64,000 nt of DNA from Flavobacteriaceae bacterium (GTDB lineage Bacteria; Bacteroidota; Bacteroidia; Flavobacteriales; Flavobacteriaceae): positions 56,644 through 120,643 of the forward strand of contig JBMYLP010000004.1 of the NCBI GenBank assembly GCA_049596455.1, written 5' to 3'. The notes below the pieces were generated by a model. It was given only the letters and a program-made list of their open reading frames with translations. It did not search any database and was not told where the DNA came from. Position 1 is the first letter of the stretch. Each line of letters opens with the position of its first letter. Both the position numbers and the translations under genes were made by a program. Shown piece by piece: positions 9,371-19,734 of this stretch.

Positions 9371-10756
9371 ATGGATTTTCCTTTTGGCGATTTTTCTGAC
9401 CTACCTGTTTCTCGATTCGAATCAATGCTAAAAACGAATGAAATCCAGTTTTTTGATGCTACTGAATTTGAGGAAATTGGTCAATATTATATTGACATTG
9501 CTAACTTGAGCATGGCAAAAAAAGCCATTGAAGTTGGGCTAAGCCAGCACCCAGACTCCACAGAACTCACCCTTCTACTTGTCGAATACTATATTCTCAC
9601 AAACACATTCGAGGAGGCTAGACTGTTGTTGGATAATTTGTTAACTCTTGAGCCTTTTAATGAATATGCCTATCAACACTTAGCTGTAATTCAATCAAAG
9701 TCTAACCAACATCAAGAGGCAATAGAAAGCTTAAAAAAAGGGTTGTCTTATAGTAGTTTCAAATACGAATTTCATTCGCTTTTAGCCATGGAATACTTAC
9801 ATCTTGATGAGTATTTTATGGCAAAAGAGTATTTCATCAAGTGTTTAGAGGCGGAAGTTACCGACAACCATTCTTTGTACAATATCATCTACTGCTTTGA
9901 ATCGTTAAAAGACACAGACGGAGCCATTGCCTACATGAACGAATTTTTGAACAAAGACCCTTACAACGAAGTAGCATGGCATCAGTTGGGACGCCAGTAT
10001 TTGGCAAAGAAAATGTATGAACAGGCCATCACAGCCTTTGATTTTGCTGTCATTTGCGATGAAAGTTTTATTGGCGCCTACCTAGAACTCGGTAAAGCCT
10101 TAGAGCATTTAGGAAGATTTAACGAAGCCATAAACCATTACGAAATTACGCTCTCCATTGACGATCCAACTGCGTTTGCACTGTTGCGCATAGGAGAATG
10201 TCATCTAAAACTAGGTAACGAAGTTTTGGGTGTAAAGTTCATTAAAAAAGCTATCCACGAAGACCCGTTATTGGACAAAGGGTGGCTATCACTCTGTGAA
10301 TTTTACATGCGGAAAAATGCGTACGCAAAAGTATTGCATTACATAAAAAAAGCAGTAAAAATCGACAATACGCATGTGCGTTATTGGCGGCTTTATGCAC
10401 AAGCAAACAAAGCTTTGGGCTTTTTGGAAGAAGCACATTTGGCTTATGAACGTTTAATCAATTTGGGGAATTACGAAGTAAAAACATGGTTAGACTGGTC
10501 TCACGTGCTATTACAACTTCAAGAATATGAAAGCGGCATCAAGGCATTGCGTCAAGGAATTGAGTTTCATCCCGAAAACAGCCAATTACACTATATGTTG
10601 GCAGGATTTTATATGATGCAAGCCAAAGCAAGTGAGGCATCTTTCTTCTTGAAAAATGCCTACTCCATAAGCCCGAAGGACTTGGATGTTTTTTACGAAA
10701 CTTTCCCTACTTCAAAAACTTCACCATTAGTAAAAGATACCTTAGCACAATCGTAG
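9371..10756 (+). CDS. tetratricopeptide (TPR) repeat protein
   Basis: 461 aa with repeated 34-aa TPR-like periodicity (AWHQLGRQYLAKKMYEQAITAFDFA...). Confidence 0.7.
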   Translation: MDFPFGDFSDLPVSRFESMLKTNEIQFFDATEFEEIGQYYIDIANLSMAKKAIEVGLSQHPDSTELTLLLVEYYILTNTFEEARLLLDNLLTLEPFNEYAYQHLAVIQSKSNQHQEAIESLKKGLSYSSFKYEFHSLLAMEYLHLDEYFMAKEYFIKCLEAEVTDNHSLYNIIYCFESLKDTDGAIAYMNEFLNKDPYNEVAWHQLGRQYLAKKMYEQAITAFDFAVICDESFIGAYLELGKALEHLGRFNEAINHYEITLSIDDPTAFALLRIGECHLKLGNEVLGVKFIKKAIHEDPLLDKGWLSLCEFYMRKNAYAKVLHYIKKAVKIDNTHVRYWRLYAQANKALGFLEEAHLAYERLINLGNYEVKTWLDWSHVLLQLQEYESGIKALRQGIEFHPENSQLHYMLAGFYMMQAKASEASFFLKNAYSISPKDLDVFYETFPTSKTSPLVKDTLAQS

Positions 10757-10808
10757 TTTGTTTGTGGCTATTGCGTAGTTTTACCATTCAATTTAAGCCA
10801 TTTGTGAA

Positions 10809-11753
10809 ATGAAAGAGGCGTACAAACAACACCTTGTTACTTACTTGAAGGGCATGACTATGGGTGCGGCTGATGTGGTGCCGGGAGTTTCTGGTGGTAC
10901 CATTGCGCTGATAACGCATATTTACGAACGTCTTATCAATGCTATTGACACCATTTCCATTACACTTGTTTTACAACTTTTCACCTCAAAACGTAAAGAA
11001 GCTTGGAATAAACTAGATGGAAGTTTTTTACTTGCGTTAACTCTCGGGATTGGTACAAGTATTTTGCTTGTCACAGGGGGTATTTCATGGCTTCTTGAGC
11101 ACTACCCTATTCCCCTTTGGGCATTCTTTTTTGGGCTGATTTTAGGCAGTGCTTTTGTGCTGAAAAACGCCATTAACCAATGGAATATTACTTCGGTCTT
11201 AATGTTGCTTTTGGGTGCATTTCTTGCCTTTGGCATTGGCTTGGTTACACCCTCCCAAGGATCAGAAAGCTTACTTTACCTATTTTTTTGTGGTATGCTA
11301 GTCGTAATTGCTATGATACTTCCAGGAATTTCGGGTGCTTTTATTCTTATTTTATTAGGGGCTTATGGCACAGCATTAGATACCGTTGACCAATTAAAGG
11401 CATTTGAACTCGAAGGATTTATAGTGTTTGCTGTTATGGCAAGCGGCGGCTTAGTAGGATTAAAAGTTTTTGCAAAGTTACTACGCTGGCTATTCTCCAA
11501 TTACAAAAACATGGTTTTGGCAACCATGACGGGCTTTCTATTGGGGTCTTTGTACAAGGTGTGGCCATGGAAGAAAGTAACCCAATACTACATCAATAGC
11601 AGTGGTGAACGCACGCCCTTAACTTCAGTTTCTGTAGTTCCAGATGTATTAAGCGCAGACGCGCAAGTACTCCTTGCTGCCAGCTCCTTTATATTTGGAT
11701 TGCTTCTGTTGTTTTTTCTAGAACGTTTAAGCAAAAACAAATCGCATGCATAA
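10809..11753 (+). CDS. DUF368 family membrane protein (PopT-like), paralog 1
   Basis: Polytopic membrane protein with GAADVVPGVSGGTIALI and a second LPGISGAFILILLG motif. Confidence 0.8.
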   Translation: MKEAYKQHLVTYLKGMTMGAADVVPGVSGGTIALITHIYERLINAIDTISITLVLQLFTSKRKEAWNKLDGSFLLALTLGIGTSILLVTGGISWLLEHYPIPLWAFFFGLILGSAFVLKNAINQWNITSVLMLLLGAFLAFGIGLVTPSQGSESLLYLFFCGMLVVIAMILPGISGAFILILLGAYGTALDTVDQLKAFELEGFIVFAVMASGGLVGLKVFAKLLRWLFSNYKNMVLATMTGFLLGSLYKVWPWKKVTQYYINSSGERTPLTSVSVVPDVLSADAQVLLAASSFIFGLLLLFFLERLSKNKSHA

Positions 11754-12672
11754 TCGTTCTTTTTCAGATTATGGATTGCTTATGCTTAAAGGCATTGCCA
11801 TGGGTATTGCCAATAAAATTCCAGGTGTATCGGGGGGTATTGTTGCAGTAGTAACAGGTTTTTACAAAGAGCTCATTTTTTCATTTCAACGCCTAAATTT
11901 TAAGGCGGTGTATTTACTTTTTAGAGGACGTTTTCGGACGTTTTGGCAATATATAAACGGTACATTTTTAAGCGTCTTACTGCTTGGAGTTGTTCTTAGT
12001 TATTTCACCCTATCGCTGCTATTGGACGTTGCGCTATCTACCTATCCACATCACGTTTGGGCAATTTTCTTTGGCTTGGTTTTGGCATCAGCACTATTAT
12101 TATTTCGAGACTACAACACATGGCACGCCAAAACCATTGTGTTTGCGGTCATTGGACTTGCCGTTGGTGTTGGGCTTAGCATTTTATCACCCTCAGAACA
12201 AAATGCATCTTTGTTTTATGTATTTTTATGTGGGATTGTCAGTATTGTAGGCATGACCTTGCCAGGGCTTTCTGGATCTTTTCTACTAATACTCATGGGG
12301 AATTATACCTTCCTTTTGGTGGATGCAGTAAATGGGTTTGGCAGATGGGTTATCTCCCCTTTTTCACATGCAGAATTGGCTTTGCAAGACGCACGCTATG
12401 CGCTAATTTTTGGTGTGTTTTTAACAGGCTCGTTAGTAGGCATAAGTGGTTTGTCCGCTCTTATTCATCGTATTCAACAAAAAGCTAATGACGAGTTACA
12501 AGCCACACTCATCGGCTTTGTATTTGGCTCATTATTCATACTTTGGCCTACAAACAGGACGGTTGCTACACAGGCATCTATTTCAGGGCAATCGCTTTTT
12601 TGGATTATTTTTTGGGGATTGATTGGATTGACAATCGTTTTTGTGTTGGATTATTATGAGCGAAGAAAATAA
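11746..12672 (+). CDS. DUF368 family membrane protein (PopT-like), paralog 2
   Basis: Contains IANKIPGVSGGIVAVV and LPGLSGSFLLILMG. Its ATG overlaps the paralog-1 stop (ATGCATAA). Confidence 0.8.
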   Translation: MHNRSFSDYGLLMLKGIAMGIANKIPGVSGGIVAVVTGFYKELIFSFQRLNFKAVYLLFRGRFRTFWQYINGTFLSVLLLGVVLSYFTLSLLLDVALSTYPHHVWAIFFGLVLASALLLFRDYNTWHAKTIVFAVIGLAVGVGLSILSPSEQNASLFYVFLCGIVSIVGMTLPGLSGSFLLILMGNYTFLLVDAVNGFGRWVISPFSHAELALQDARYALIFGVFLTGSLVGISGLSALIHRIQQKANDELQATLIGFVFGSLFILWPTNRTVATQASISGQSLFWIIFWGLIGLTIVFVLDYYERRK

Positions 12673-13402
12673 GCAGCTTTTTGGACTTTTGGGGCGGGGT
12701 ATTGATTACTCGTTTTCAAGAACCTATTTTTCGGAAAAATTTAAGAGGGAGAAGTTACTGCATTGCAGTTATGAGAATTTTGATTTGCCCAATCTTAATG
12801 ACTTTAAAGAAACACTTCAAAGACCACATTTGAGGGGTATGAACGTAACCATACCCTACAAGCAAGAAGTCATGCCGTTCTTGGACGATTTGGATGAGGT
12901 TTCAAAAGCTATTGGCGCGGTAAACACCATTGTTTTTGAGAAAAATGGCACAACCAAAGGCTACAACACAGACCACATTGGATTTAGTGAAAGTGTTACA
13001 ACTTTACTACACGAACAGGTCACTGATGCGCTTATTTTGGGTACTGGTGGCGCATCCAAAGCCATTGTATATGCGCTAAACAAAATGGGCATTCGTACGC
13101 AATATGTGTCTAGGAAGCGTTCAGAAATTGCTTTAGGGTATGATGAGATTTCAGCGGAATTGATTAAAAAACACAAACTTATTGTAAACTGCACACCACT
13201 GGGTACATTTCCAAACATTGAAGAAAAACCAGATATAGATTACGCCTCACTAACCCCTAAGCATGTGCTCTTTGATTTAATCTACAACCCTAACGAAACT
13301 GCTTTTATGAAAGAAGGAGCAAGATATGGGGCTATGGTTTCCAATGGTCAAGCCATGCTTGTAGGGCAAGCAGAGGCTTCATGGAAATTATGGAATCGTT
13401 AA
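12656..13402 (+). CDS. aroE: shikimate dehydrogenase
   Basis: Contains the NVTIPYK, GAVNT and GTGGASKA motifs. The first ATG is at 12656, whereas the ORF-track start at 12641 is TTG. Confidence 0.88.
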   Translation: MSEENKQLFGLLGRGIDYSFSRTYFSEKFKREKLLHCSYENFDLPNLNDFKETLQRPHLRGMNVTIPYKQEVMPFLDDLDEVSKAIGAVNTIVFEKNGTTKGYNTDHIGFSESVTTLLHEQVTDALILGTGGASKAIVYALNKMGIRTQYVSRKRSEIALGYDEISAELIKKHKLIVNCTPLGTFPNIEEKPDIDYASLTPKHVLFDLIYNPNETAFMKEGARYGAMVSNGQAMLVGQAEASWKLWNR

Positions 13403-13453
13403 TTTTTTTGACCCCTTTGTGATAAATTGTATATTCGACATGATTTTAAAATC

Positions 13454-15409
13454 ATGACTATGTTGGAACACACCGACAACGACTCGCTTAAAGCGAACGA
13501 AGAAACCGTAAGTGAACAAACTTCTAAACAGGCTCCAGAAAATGAAACAGCACCTTCTGAATCTGTTGAGGACACCCCTCATTTGGAGGAAGAAACTATT
13601 GATGTAACCGAGGATGATTCTGCTGATAAAACGGAAAGTGAGGAAATAGCAGCAGATGAGACAGTATCAGAAGAATCTGAAAAGGAGTCAAAAGAAGCTG
13701 AGGCGATAGAAAAGTTTGAAGCAATGGAGCCTAAAGAATTGCTTAGCTTTTTTGCAGATAAGCTTAAAACCGAATCTGTTCAACATTTAAAACCAACCAT
13801 TGAGCCGTTGGTAAAAGTGTTTAATCAAAAATTAGCAGCTGAAACAGCACAACAAAAAGAATCGTTTTTAGCAGAAGGTGGAAATCCAGATGCGTTTTAC
13901 TTCAATCCGCCCATAAAAAAAGAATTTAATGAGCTATTTCGACGCTACAAATCAGATCGCGGCACCTATTACCGAAGTCTTGAGGAAAAGCAGCAAAAAA
14001 ACTTAGCTTATCGTTTAGCACTAATCGAAGAACTTAAAGGACTTATAAACGTAGATCAAAATATCAATACAACTTATAATCAATTTAAGGATTTACAAAA
14101 AAGATGGAAAGAGTCTGGGCAGGTTCCCCGAATGGAGGCAAATAACATCTGGAAAACCTACCACCACCACGTAGGTCATTTTTACGATTTTTTACACCTA
14201 AATAGAGAGCTACGAGAATTGGATTTTAAATTCAATTTAGAAGAAAAACTCAAAATTTGTGAGCAGGCTGAAACATTGGCTGCAATGGATGATATCTCTA
14301 AAGCATTTCGTCACTTACAAACGCTTCACAAAAAATGGAAAGATGAGCTAGGACCTGTGGACAAAGAACACAGCGAACAAGTCTGGGAGCGCTTTAGTGC
14401 GGCTACCAAAATTATTCACGATAAGCGAAGGTATTTTCTTAAAAACCAAGAAGAAATCTTTGAAGAAAACTTGATGAAAAAACAGGCAATCATCACGCAA
14501 ATACAAGATTTATTAGCCACAGAAATCTCATCAAAAACCAATATACATCAGTTTACGAAAACATACGAAGGACTCAGGGAGTCATTCTTTGAAGTGGGTA
14601 AAATCCCAACAAAAAAACGTGATGCCATTTGGGATGAATTCAAAAAAACAGCAAAAGTATTTCGCAAAAAGCGAACACAGTATTACAAACAACTAAAGCG
14701 CATTTTTGCAGAGAATAATGAAAAGCGAAAAGCACTTATTGAACAAGTTCAAGCATTAAAAACAGAAACAAATTTTAAAGAAACTACCCCGAAAATTATC
14801 GCATTACAAAAAGAATGGAAAACAACATTCCCAGTAAGCAGAAAAGATGAAGGGGAATTATGGGCTGAATTTAGAGGTGCATGCAATGAATATTTTGATA
14901 AGCTTGACGCAACTCGGAACAAAGCGAGCAAAGAGGAACAGGAACATTTTGCTCAAAAATCTAAATTGCTTGATACGCTAAAAAAAGCGTTGGATAACAA
15001 CGATGAAAGTTTGGAAATTGACACAATTGTTAGCAATTGGAACAGCATTGGGCGTGTACCTAAAAACAAATCCAAAATTGAGCACGAGTTTAGTAGGCTA
15101 GCTGAAAAAGCGTATAAATCTGCAGGGCTATCCAAAGCTGAAATCACCCAGAAAAGCTATCAAAACAAATTGGATGGAATGCGCGGAAATGACGATACCA
15201 TCCGCAAAGAAACACATTCGCTTAAACGCAGAATTGATGAAATCAAACAGGAAATCATCCAACTTGAAACCAACCTACAGTTTTTTGGGAAAAATCAGGA
15301 GAAAAACCCAATTGTAGTTAAGGTTAGACAAGACATTGCAAAACAACAAGAACGTTTGGACGAACTAACAGAAAAAAAACGACTCATCAGGCAACTCCAA
15401 AAAGATTAG
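13454..15409 (+). CDS. DUF349 repeat protein with acidic N-terminal region
   Basis: Shows repeated about 75-aa modules of the type KRWKE.G.VP......W..F (KRWKESGQVPRMEANNIWKTY, KKWKDELGPVDKEHSEQVWERF, KEWKTTFPVSRKDEGELWAEF). The first ATG is at 13454. Confidence 0.7.
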   Translation: MTMLEHTDNDSLKANEETVSEQTSKQAPENETAPSESVEDTPHLEEETIDVTEDDSADKTESEEIAADETVSEESEKESKEAEAIEKFEAMEPKELLSFFADKLKTESVQHLKPTIEPLVKVFNQKLAAETAQQKESFLAEGGNPDAFYFNPPIKKEFNELFRRYKSDRGTYYRSLEEKQQKNLAYRLALIEELKGLINVDQNINTTYNQFKDLQKRWKESGQVPRMEANNIWKTYHHHVGHFYDFLHLNRELRELDFKFNLEEKLKICEQAETLAAMDDISKAFRHLQTLHKKWKDELGPVDKEHSEQVWERFSAATKIIHDKRRYFLKNQEEIFEENLMKKQAIITQIQDLLATEISSKTNIHQFTKTYEGLRESFFEVGKIPTKKRDAIWDEFKKTAKVFRKKRTQYYKQLKRIFAENNEKRKALIEQVQALKTETNFKETTPKIIALQKEWKTTFPVSRKDEGELWAEFRGACNEYFDKLDATRNKASKEEQEHFAQKSKLLDTLKKALDNNDESLEIDTIVSNWNSIGRVPKNKSKIEHEFSRLAEKAYKSAGLSKAEITQKSYQNKLDGMRGNDDTIRKETHSLKRRIDEIKQEIIQLETNLQFFGKNQEKNPIVVKVRQDIAKQQERLDELTEKKRLIRQLQKD

Positions 15410-16188
15410 CCCACTGCTTTTTTTGCGGTTTGCCAAAGCGACTCCCACTGAGCAGCTGTTAATGAATTTAATGTCAAGTGTTGCTCCTTAGCCGCTTCTT
15501 CCATCGCTGTAAAACGCATCCTAAATCGGTTGTTGGTAGACGCTAATGCATCATCAGAATTGATACCAAGAAAACGCGCATAATTTACCAGTGAAAAGAA
15601 CACATCGCCAAGTTCGGCGGCAATTTTTTCTTTGTTATCCTGTGTGATTTCGTGTTCCAACTCACGAAGTTCCTCTTTGATTTTTTCTTTTACTCCATCA
15701 ATGGAATCCCAGTCAAAACCAATGCCAGCAGCTTTGTCTTGCATACGGCTAGCCATAACCAAACTGGGTAAGCTTTTGGGCACTCCCGAGAGCACACTCT
15801 TGTTACCTTCTTTGAGTTTTAGCTGCTCCCAATTTTTTTTAACCTCTTCGTCATCAGCTACAGAAACGTCTCCATAAATATGTGGATGGCGTTGGATAAG
15901 TTTTTCTGAGATAGACTTTGCCACATCGCCTATATCAAACGCATCTTGCTCACTACCAATTTTGGCATAAAAAATAATGTGCAAAAGCACATCACCCAAC
16001 TCCTTTTTAATACCATCCAAATCCTCCTCTAATAGTGCTTCGCTAAGCTCATAAGTTTCCTCAATAGTCAAGTGCCTAAGCGACTGAAAGGTTTGTTTTT
16101 TGTCCCAAGGACAACCTTCGCGAAGTTCGTCCATTATAGTCAGCAAACGATCAAGTGCTTTAAGCTGTTGGGTGCGTTTGTTATCCAT
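15406..16188 (-). CDS. mazG: nucleoside triphosphate pyrophosphohydrolase MazG
   Basis: Has tandem MazG domains (EETYELSEAL, ELGDVLLHIIFYA, ELGDVFFSLVNYA). Confidence 0.9.
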   Translation of the reverse strand: MDNKRTQQLKALDRLLTIMDELREGCPWDKKQTFQSLRHLTIEETYELSEALLEEDLDGIKKELGDVLLHIIFYAKIGSEQDAFDIGDVAKSISEKLIQRHPHIYGDVSVADDEEVKKNWEQLKLKEGNKSVLSGVPKSLPSLVMASRMQDKAAGIGFDWDSIDGVKEKIKEELRELEHEITQDNKEKIAAELGDVFFSLVNYARFLGINSDDALASTNNRFRMRFTAMEEAAKEQHLTLNSLTAAQWESLWQTAKKAVG

Positions 16189-16778
16189 TAGCGGATATTG
16201 TTTTTATTTGGAAAACGCATGGCATAATCAGGATTAATTTTTCCTTTCGAAATTTGTGCCAGTTTTGTCTTAAGCAGTTTCTTTTTTAGGGGGCCTAACT
16301 TGTCAGTAAACAAAATTCCTTCGATGTGATCGTATTCGTGTTGGATAATTCTGGAAGCAATGCCGCTATATTCTGCGTTTACAAACTCAAAATCTTCGTT
16401 GTAATATTCAATCTCAATGGTAGTTAATCGAGTAACGTCTTCTCTAATATCTGGAATACTCAAACAGCCTTCGTTAAAGGTTTCTTGTGGTCCACTGTAG
16501 GATACAATTTCTGGATTGATAAACACCTTTTTAAAGTTTCGTAACTCACGTTGCTCGATATTGTCTATGCTATTATCATTTGCAAACGGACTGCCATCTA
16601 CCACAAATAACCTAAGAGATTCGCCAACTTGAGGTGCTGCCAAGCCCACGCCATGCGCAGCATACATGGTTTCCCACATGTCACTGATGAGTTTATTAAG
16701 GTAAGGGTGTTTTTTGGTAACAGGCGCCGCCTTCTTTTTTAGTACGGGATCGCCGTATGCAATAATAGGAAGTATCAT
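16188..16778 (-). CDS. def: peptide deformylase
   Basis: Carries the GVGLAAPQ, EGCLSIP and HEYDHIEG motifs. Confidence 0.95.
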   Translation of the reverse strand: MILPIIAYGDPVLKKKAAPVTKKHPYLNKLISDMWETMYAAHGVGLAAPQVGESLRLFVVDGSPFANDNSIDNIEQRELRNFKKVFINPEIVSYSGPQETFNEGCLSIPDIREDVTRLTTIEIEYYNEDFEFVNAEYSGIASRIIQHEYDHIEGILFTDKLGPLKKKLLKTKLAQISKGKINPDYAMRFPNKNNIR

Positions 16779-17194
16779 ATGCGTTGGTGTTGATCTAAAT
16801 ACCCCTGCAAGATAAGCGTTGCGCTTAATTTGTCAATGACTTCTTTTTTTTGGCGCATTTTTTTGGGTGCACCACTTTGAAAAAGTGCTTGTTGCGCCAT
16901 TTTAGAAGTATATCGTTCATCGTAACGTACGATGTCAAGCGAGGGAAGCTCACGTTTAATCTTAGGTAAAAAAACAGCAATTTTAGACTCTATTTCAGAG
17001 GGTGTGTTGTCGCGTTGCTTAGGTTCTCCAACAACCAAAGTCGTTACTTTTTCTGTGGAGGTGTAGGTTTTTATAAATGAAATTAATTTATCTGGCGAAA
17101 CCGTATCCAGTCCAAAAGCACAGGTCTGCAATGGGTCTGTAACCGCAATGCCGCAGCGTTTTGTTCCATAATCTATTGCCATAATACGTGCCAT
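16775..17194 (-). CDS. ruvX: Holliday junction resolvase-like RuvX (YqgF)
   Basis: Contains IMAIDYGTKRCGIAV and ERYTS. The start at 17194 is supported by a TACCTTTG box 4 nt upstream. Confidence 0.85.
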   Translation of the reverse strand: MARIMAIDYGTKRCGIAVTDPLQTCAFGLDTVSPDKLISFIKTYTSTEKVTTLVVGEPKQRDNTPSEIESKIAVFLPKIKRELPSLDIVRYDERYTSKMAQQALFQSGAPKKMRQKKEVIDKLSATLILQGYLDQHQRI

Positions 17195-17198
17195 ATGA

Positions 17199-17206
17199 CA
17201 AAGGTA
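17199..17206 (-). promoter_or_regulatory. -7 box TACCTTTG, 4 nt upstream of the ruvX ATG
   Basis: Exact TAnnTTTG match. Confidence 0.45.
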
Positions 17207-17253
17207 GGCAATGATTTTTTGAGAATGCATCAACGGGTTTGCTTTCAAGACTG

Positions 17254-17261
17254 TATCTTTG
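17254..17261 (+). promoter_or_regulatory. -7 box TATCTTTG, 12 nt upstream of the dapD ATG
   Basis: Exact TAnnTTTG match. Confidence 0.45.
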
Positions 17262-17273
17262 AAAAAAAATTAC

Positions 17274-18083
17274 ATGAGCAGAGCATTAATTGAAGCCGCT
17301 TGGGATAACCGCGCACTATTACAAGAAGAAGAAACACAGGCTGCTATTCGTTCCATTATTGAGCAATTAGATCAAGGAACATTACGAGTTGCCACACCAA
17401 CCGCAAACGGTTGGGAAGTAAATGAATGGGTAAAAAAAGCCGTAGTGCTATACTTTCCCATTCAACAAATGGAAACCGTTGAAGCAGGTCCATTAGAATT
17501 TCACGATAAAATTCCACTCAAAACTGGTTATAAAGAAAAAGGTATTCGCGTGGTGCCGCATGCCGTAGCACGAAAAGGCGCATACATTTCTGCAGGAACG
17601 ATTTTAATGCCTTCATATGTAAATATTGGTGCTTATGTAGACGAGGGCACTATGGTGGACACTTGGGCAACCGTAGGAAGCTGTGCTCAAATTGGCAAAA
17701 ACGTTCACCTTAGTGGTGGTGTGGGCATCGGCGGTGTTTTGGAGCCGCTACAAGCTGCACCCGTAATCATTGAGGACAATGCTTTTATTGGCTCGCGCTG
17801 TATTGTAGTTGAGGGCGTTCGTGTAGAGGAAGAAGCTGTTTTGGGCGCCAATGTGGTATTAACAGGTTCTACTAAAATTATTGATGTTACTAGTGAAACC
17901 CCTGTGGAGCTAAAAGGACGTGTGCCAGCACGCTCTGTAGTTATTCCGGGTAGTTATACCAAAGCATTTGCAGCAGGAGAGTATCAAGTGCCTTGTGCGC
18001 TAATCATTGGCAAACGCAAAGAAAGCACCAACAAAAAAACATCGCTAAACGATGCCCTCAGAGAGCATAACGTTGCGGTGTAA
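17274..18083 (+). CDS. dapD: 2,3,4,5-tetrahydropyridine-2,6-dicarboxylate N-succinyltransferase
   Basis: Has a left-handed beta-helix hexapeptide region and an N-terminal AAWDNR... segment. The first ATG is at 17274, whereas the track start at 17259 is TTG inside the promoter box. Confidence 0.88.
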   Translation: MSRALIEAAWDNRALLQEEETQAAIRSIIEQLDQGTLRVATPTANGWEVNEWVKKAVVLYFPIQQMETVEAGPLEFHDKIPLKTGYKEKGIRVVPHAVARKGAYISAGTILMPSYVNIGAYVDEGTMVDTWATVGSCAQIGKNVHLSGGVGIGGVLEPLQAAPVIIEDNAFIGSRCIVVEGVRVEEEAVLGANVVLTGSTKIIDVTSETPVELKGRVPARSVVIPGSYTKAFAAGEYQVPCALIIGKRKESTNKKTSLNDALREHNVAV

Positions 18084-18088
18084 TAGGT

Positions 18089-18862
18089 ATGGTCAGTGTT
18101 ATTATTTCACATTATAACAATGTTGCAAATCTTGCACTAATTCTCGATGCGCTAACAAAACAAAGTGCTACAGGTTTTGAGGTTATTGTGTCTGAAGATG
18201 GACAAGACCCAAAAACGGCTGCATTTTTAGATTCAAAGCGATATCCCTTCCCACTCCAACATACCACCCAAGAAGATATTGGGTTTCGCAAAAATCGCAT
18301 CCTTAATACCTCAATCCAAGCTGCAAAAGGTTCGTTTTTAGTTTTTATTGACGGCGATTGTATTCCGCACAAGCATTTTGTTAAGGCGTATCAGAAAGTA
18401 AAAGAAAGCAATAAAATTTGTTATGGAAGACGGGTAATGCTTTCTGAAAAAATAACTGCAACGCTCCAAAAGAAAATGCAGTTTGATGGATTGTCGCTAT
18501 TAGATTTGATTTTAGGAGGCGCAAAAAAGTGTAAGGAAGGTATTTATACAAACGTTCCACTAAGCACAAAAGAACGAGGGCTAAAAGGGTGCAATTGGGG
18601 AATTAAGAAGGATTTATTAGTTCAAATCAATGGATTTGACGAAGCTTACGTACATGCTGGTTTGGGTGAAGACTACGATATTGAGTGGCGTCTTGAGAGT
18701 GTTGGTATAAAAAAACACTCAATGAAAAATAAGGCAATAATTTATCACTTACATCATAAAAGGACATATAGTCAAGAAGGTATAAAAATTAATTTTAAAA
18801 TTTTTCGAAAACGAGTTGAGTTAAACGAGTTCGTGTGTAAAAATGGAATTATGAAAATCTAA
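18089..18862 (+). CDS. glycosyltransferase family 2
   Basis: Contains VSVIISHYNN and the DGDCIP DxD region. Confidence 0.8.
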   Translation: MVSVIISHYNNVANLALILDALTKQSATGFEVIVSEDGQDPKTAAFLDSKRYPFPLQHTTQEDIGFRKNRILNTSIQAAKGSFLVFIDGDCIPHKHFVKAYQKVKESNKICYGRRVMLSEKITATLQKKMQFDGLSLLDLILGGAKKCKEGIYTNVPLSTKERGLKGCNWGIKKDLLVQINGFDEAYVHAGLGEDYDIEWRLESVGIKKHSMKNKAIIYHLHHKRTYSQEGIKINFKIFRKRVELNEFVCKNGIMKI

Positions 18863-19734
18863 CGCATTAGAATATAGTTTTTATACCCTAAATCAATACC
18901 AAAGTATTTTCGCAAAATGTGTTTAATGCGTTTTTTTAAAGATGGATTATTCATCGAAACATCGTAATCAAATTCCCAGTTCAAGCGATCTATCCTTGGT
19001 TGAATCAGCTTAGGATGTTCAGAATTAAAACGCTTCAACTCACCCACGTGCTCTAAATAATCAAATGAATCACCAGGAAATGTTTTTTTTATCCATTCGT
19101 TATCGTGATAAAACTTACTTGAATTTTGAAATTTCTCCTGCATAACTTTTGGAGGTCTAACGTGTCCATAGTGATAAATTGTAGCATCTATTTGCTTTAC
19201 TTTTAGTTTTTGATAGTCACCTTTTCTAAAGCCTTGAGCGTCTTTGTAAGAGAATATAGTGGGATTATACTTTAAGATTCTAATTTCTTTAGGATACCAA
19301 ACATATGACTCAGCCACATAGTTGTATGAACCATAGAAATGGAGATAATTAAATAGAAGACCCTCAACTTTAGGGTTGTTGTGATGATTGTTCATAGCAG
19401 CACGAATAGTCGCATAATCCTTTTCATGAAACAACTCATCTCCTTGAATATAGATTGCCCAGTCCGTATCCGTAGGTAAAGCTTGCATGGCTTTGTTTGT
19501 TTCTAATGCCAACACATGCCCTCCTTCACGGTGTGATTCATCCCACTCTGTTTCTATAACAATAATTTTATCCTTATCAATACTGCGAATCAATTCTAGG
19601 GTATCATCCTCAGATTTCCCGACAGCTATGTAGAATTTATCACAAAGTGGCAGTGCAGACTTAATTGACTCCACAACAGGAAAATCATATTTTATTGCAT
19701 TTTTGATAAAAGAAAATCCTACAATATTCATCAT
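18859..19734 (-). CDS. glycosyltransferase (GT2-like fold)
   Basis: 291 aa with NIVGFSFIKNAIKYDFPVVESIKSALPLCDKFYIAVGKSEDDT. Overlaps the upstream gene by 4 nt. Confidence 0.6.
   Translation of the reverse strand: MMNIVGFSFIKNAIKYDFPVVESIKSALPLCDKFYIAVGKSEDDTLELIRSIDKDKIIVIETEWDESHREGGHVLALETNKAMQALPTDTDWAIYIQGDELFHEKDYATIRAAMNNHHNNPKVEGLLFNYLHFYGSYNYVAESYVWYPKEIRILKYNPTIFSYKDAQGFRKGDYQKLKVKQIDATIYHYGHVRPPKVMQEKFQNSSKFYHDNEWIKKTFPGDSFDYLEHVGELKRFNSEHPKLIQPRIDRLNWEFDYDVSMNNPSLKKRIKHILRKYFGIDLGYKNYILMR

Noticed and set aside
13439-13456. Perfect 18-bp palindrome CATGATTTTAAAATCATG overlapping the DUF349 start codon.
   Set aside because: It is AT-rich and short. A rough composition-based estimate suggests a perfect 9+9 palindrome is expected by chance about once in a window of this size. 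There is no second copy and no T-run to make it a terminator.
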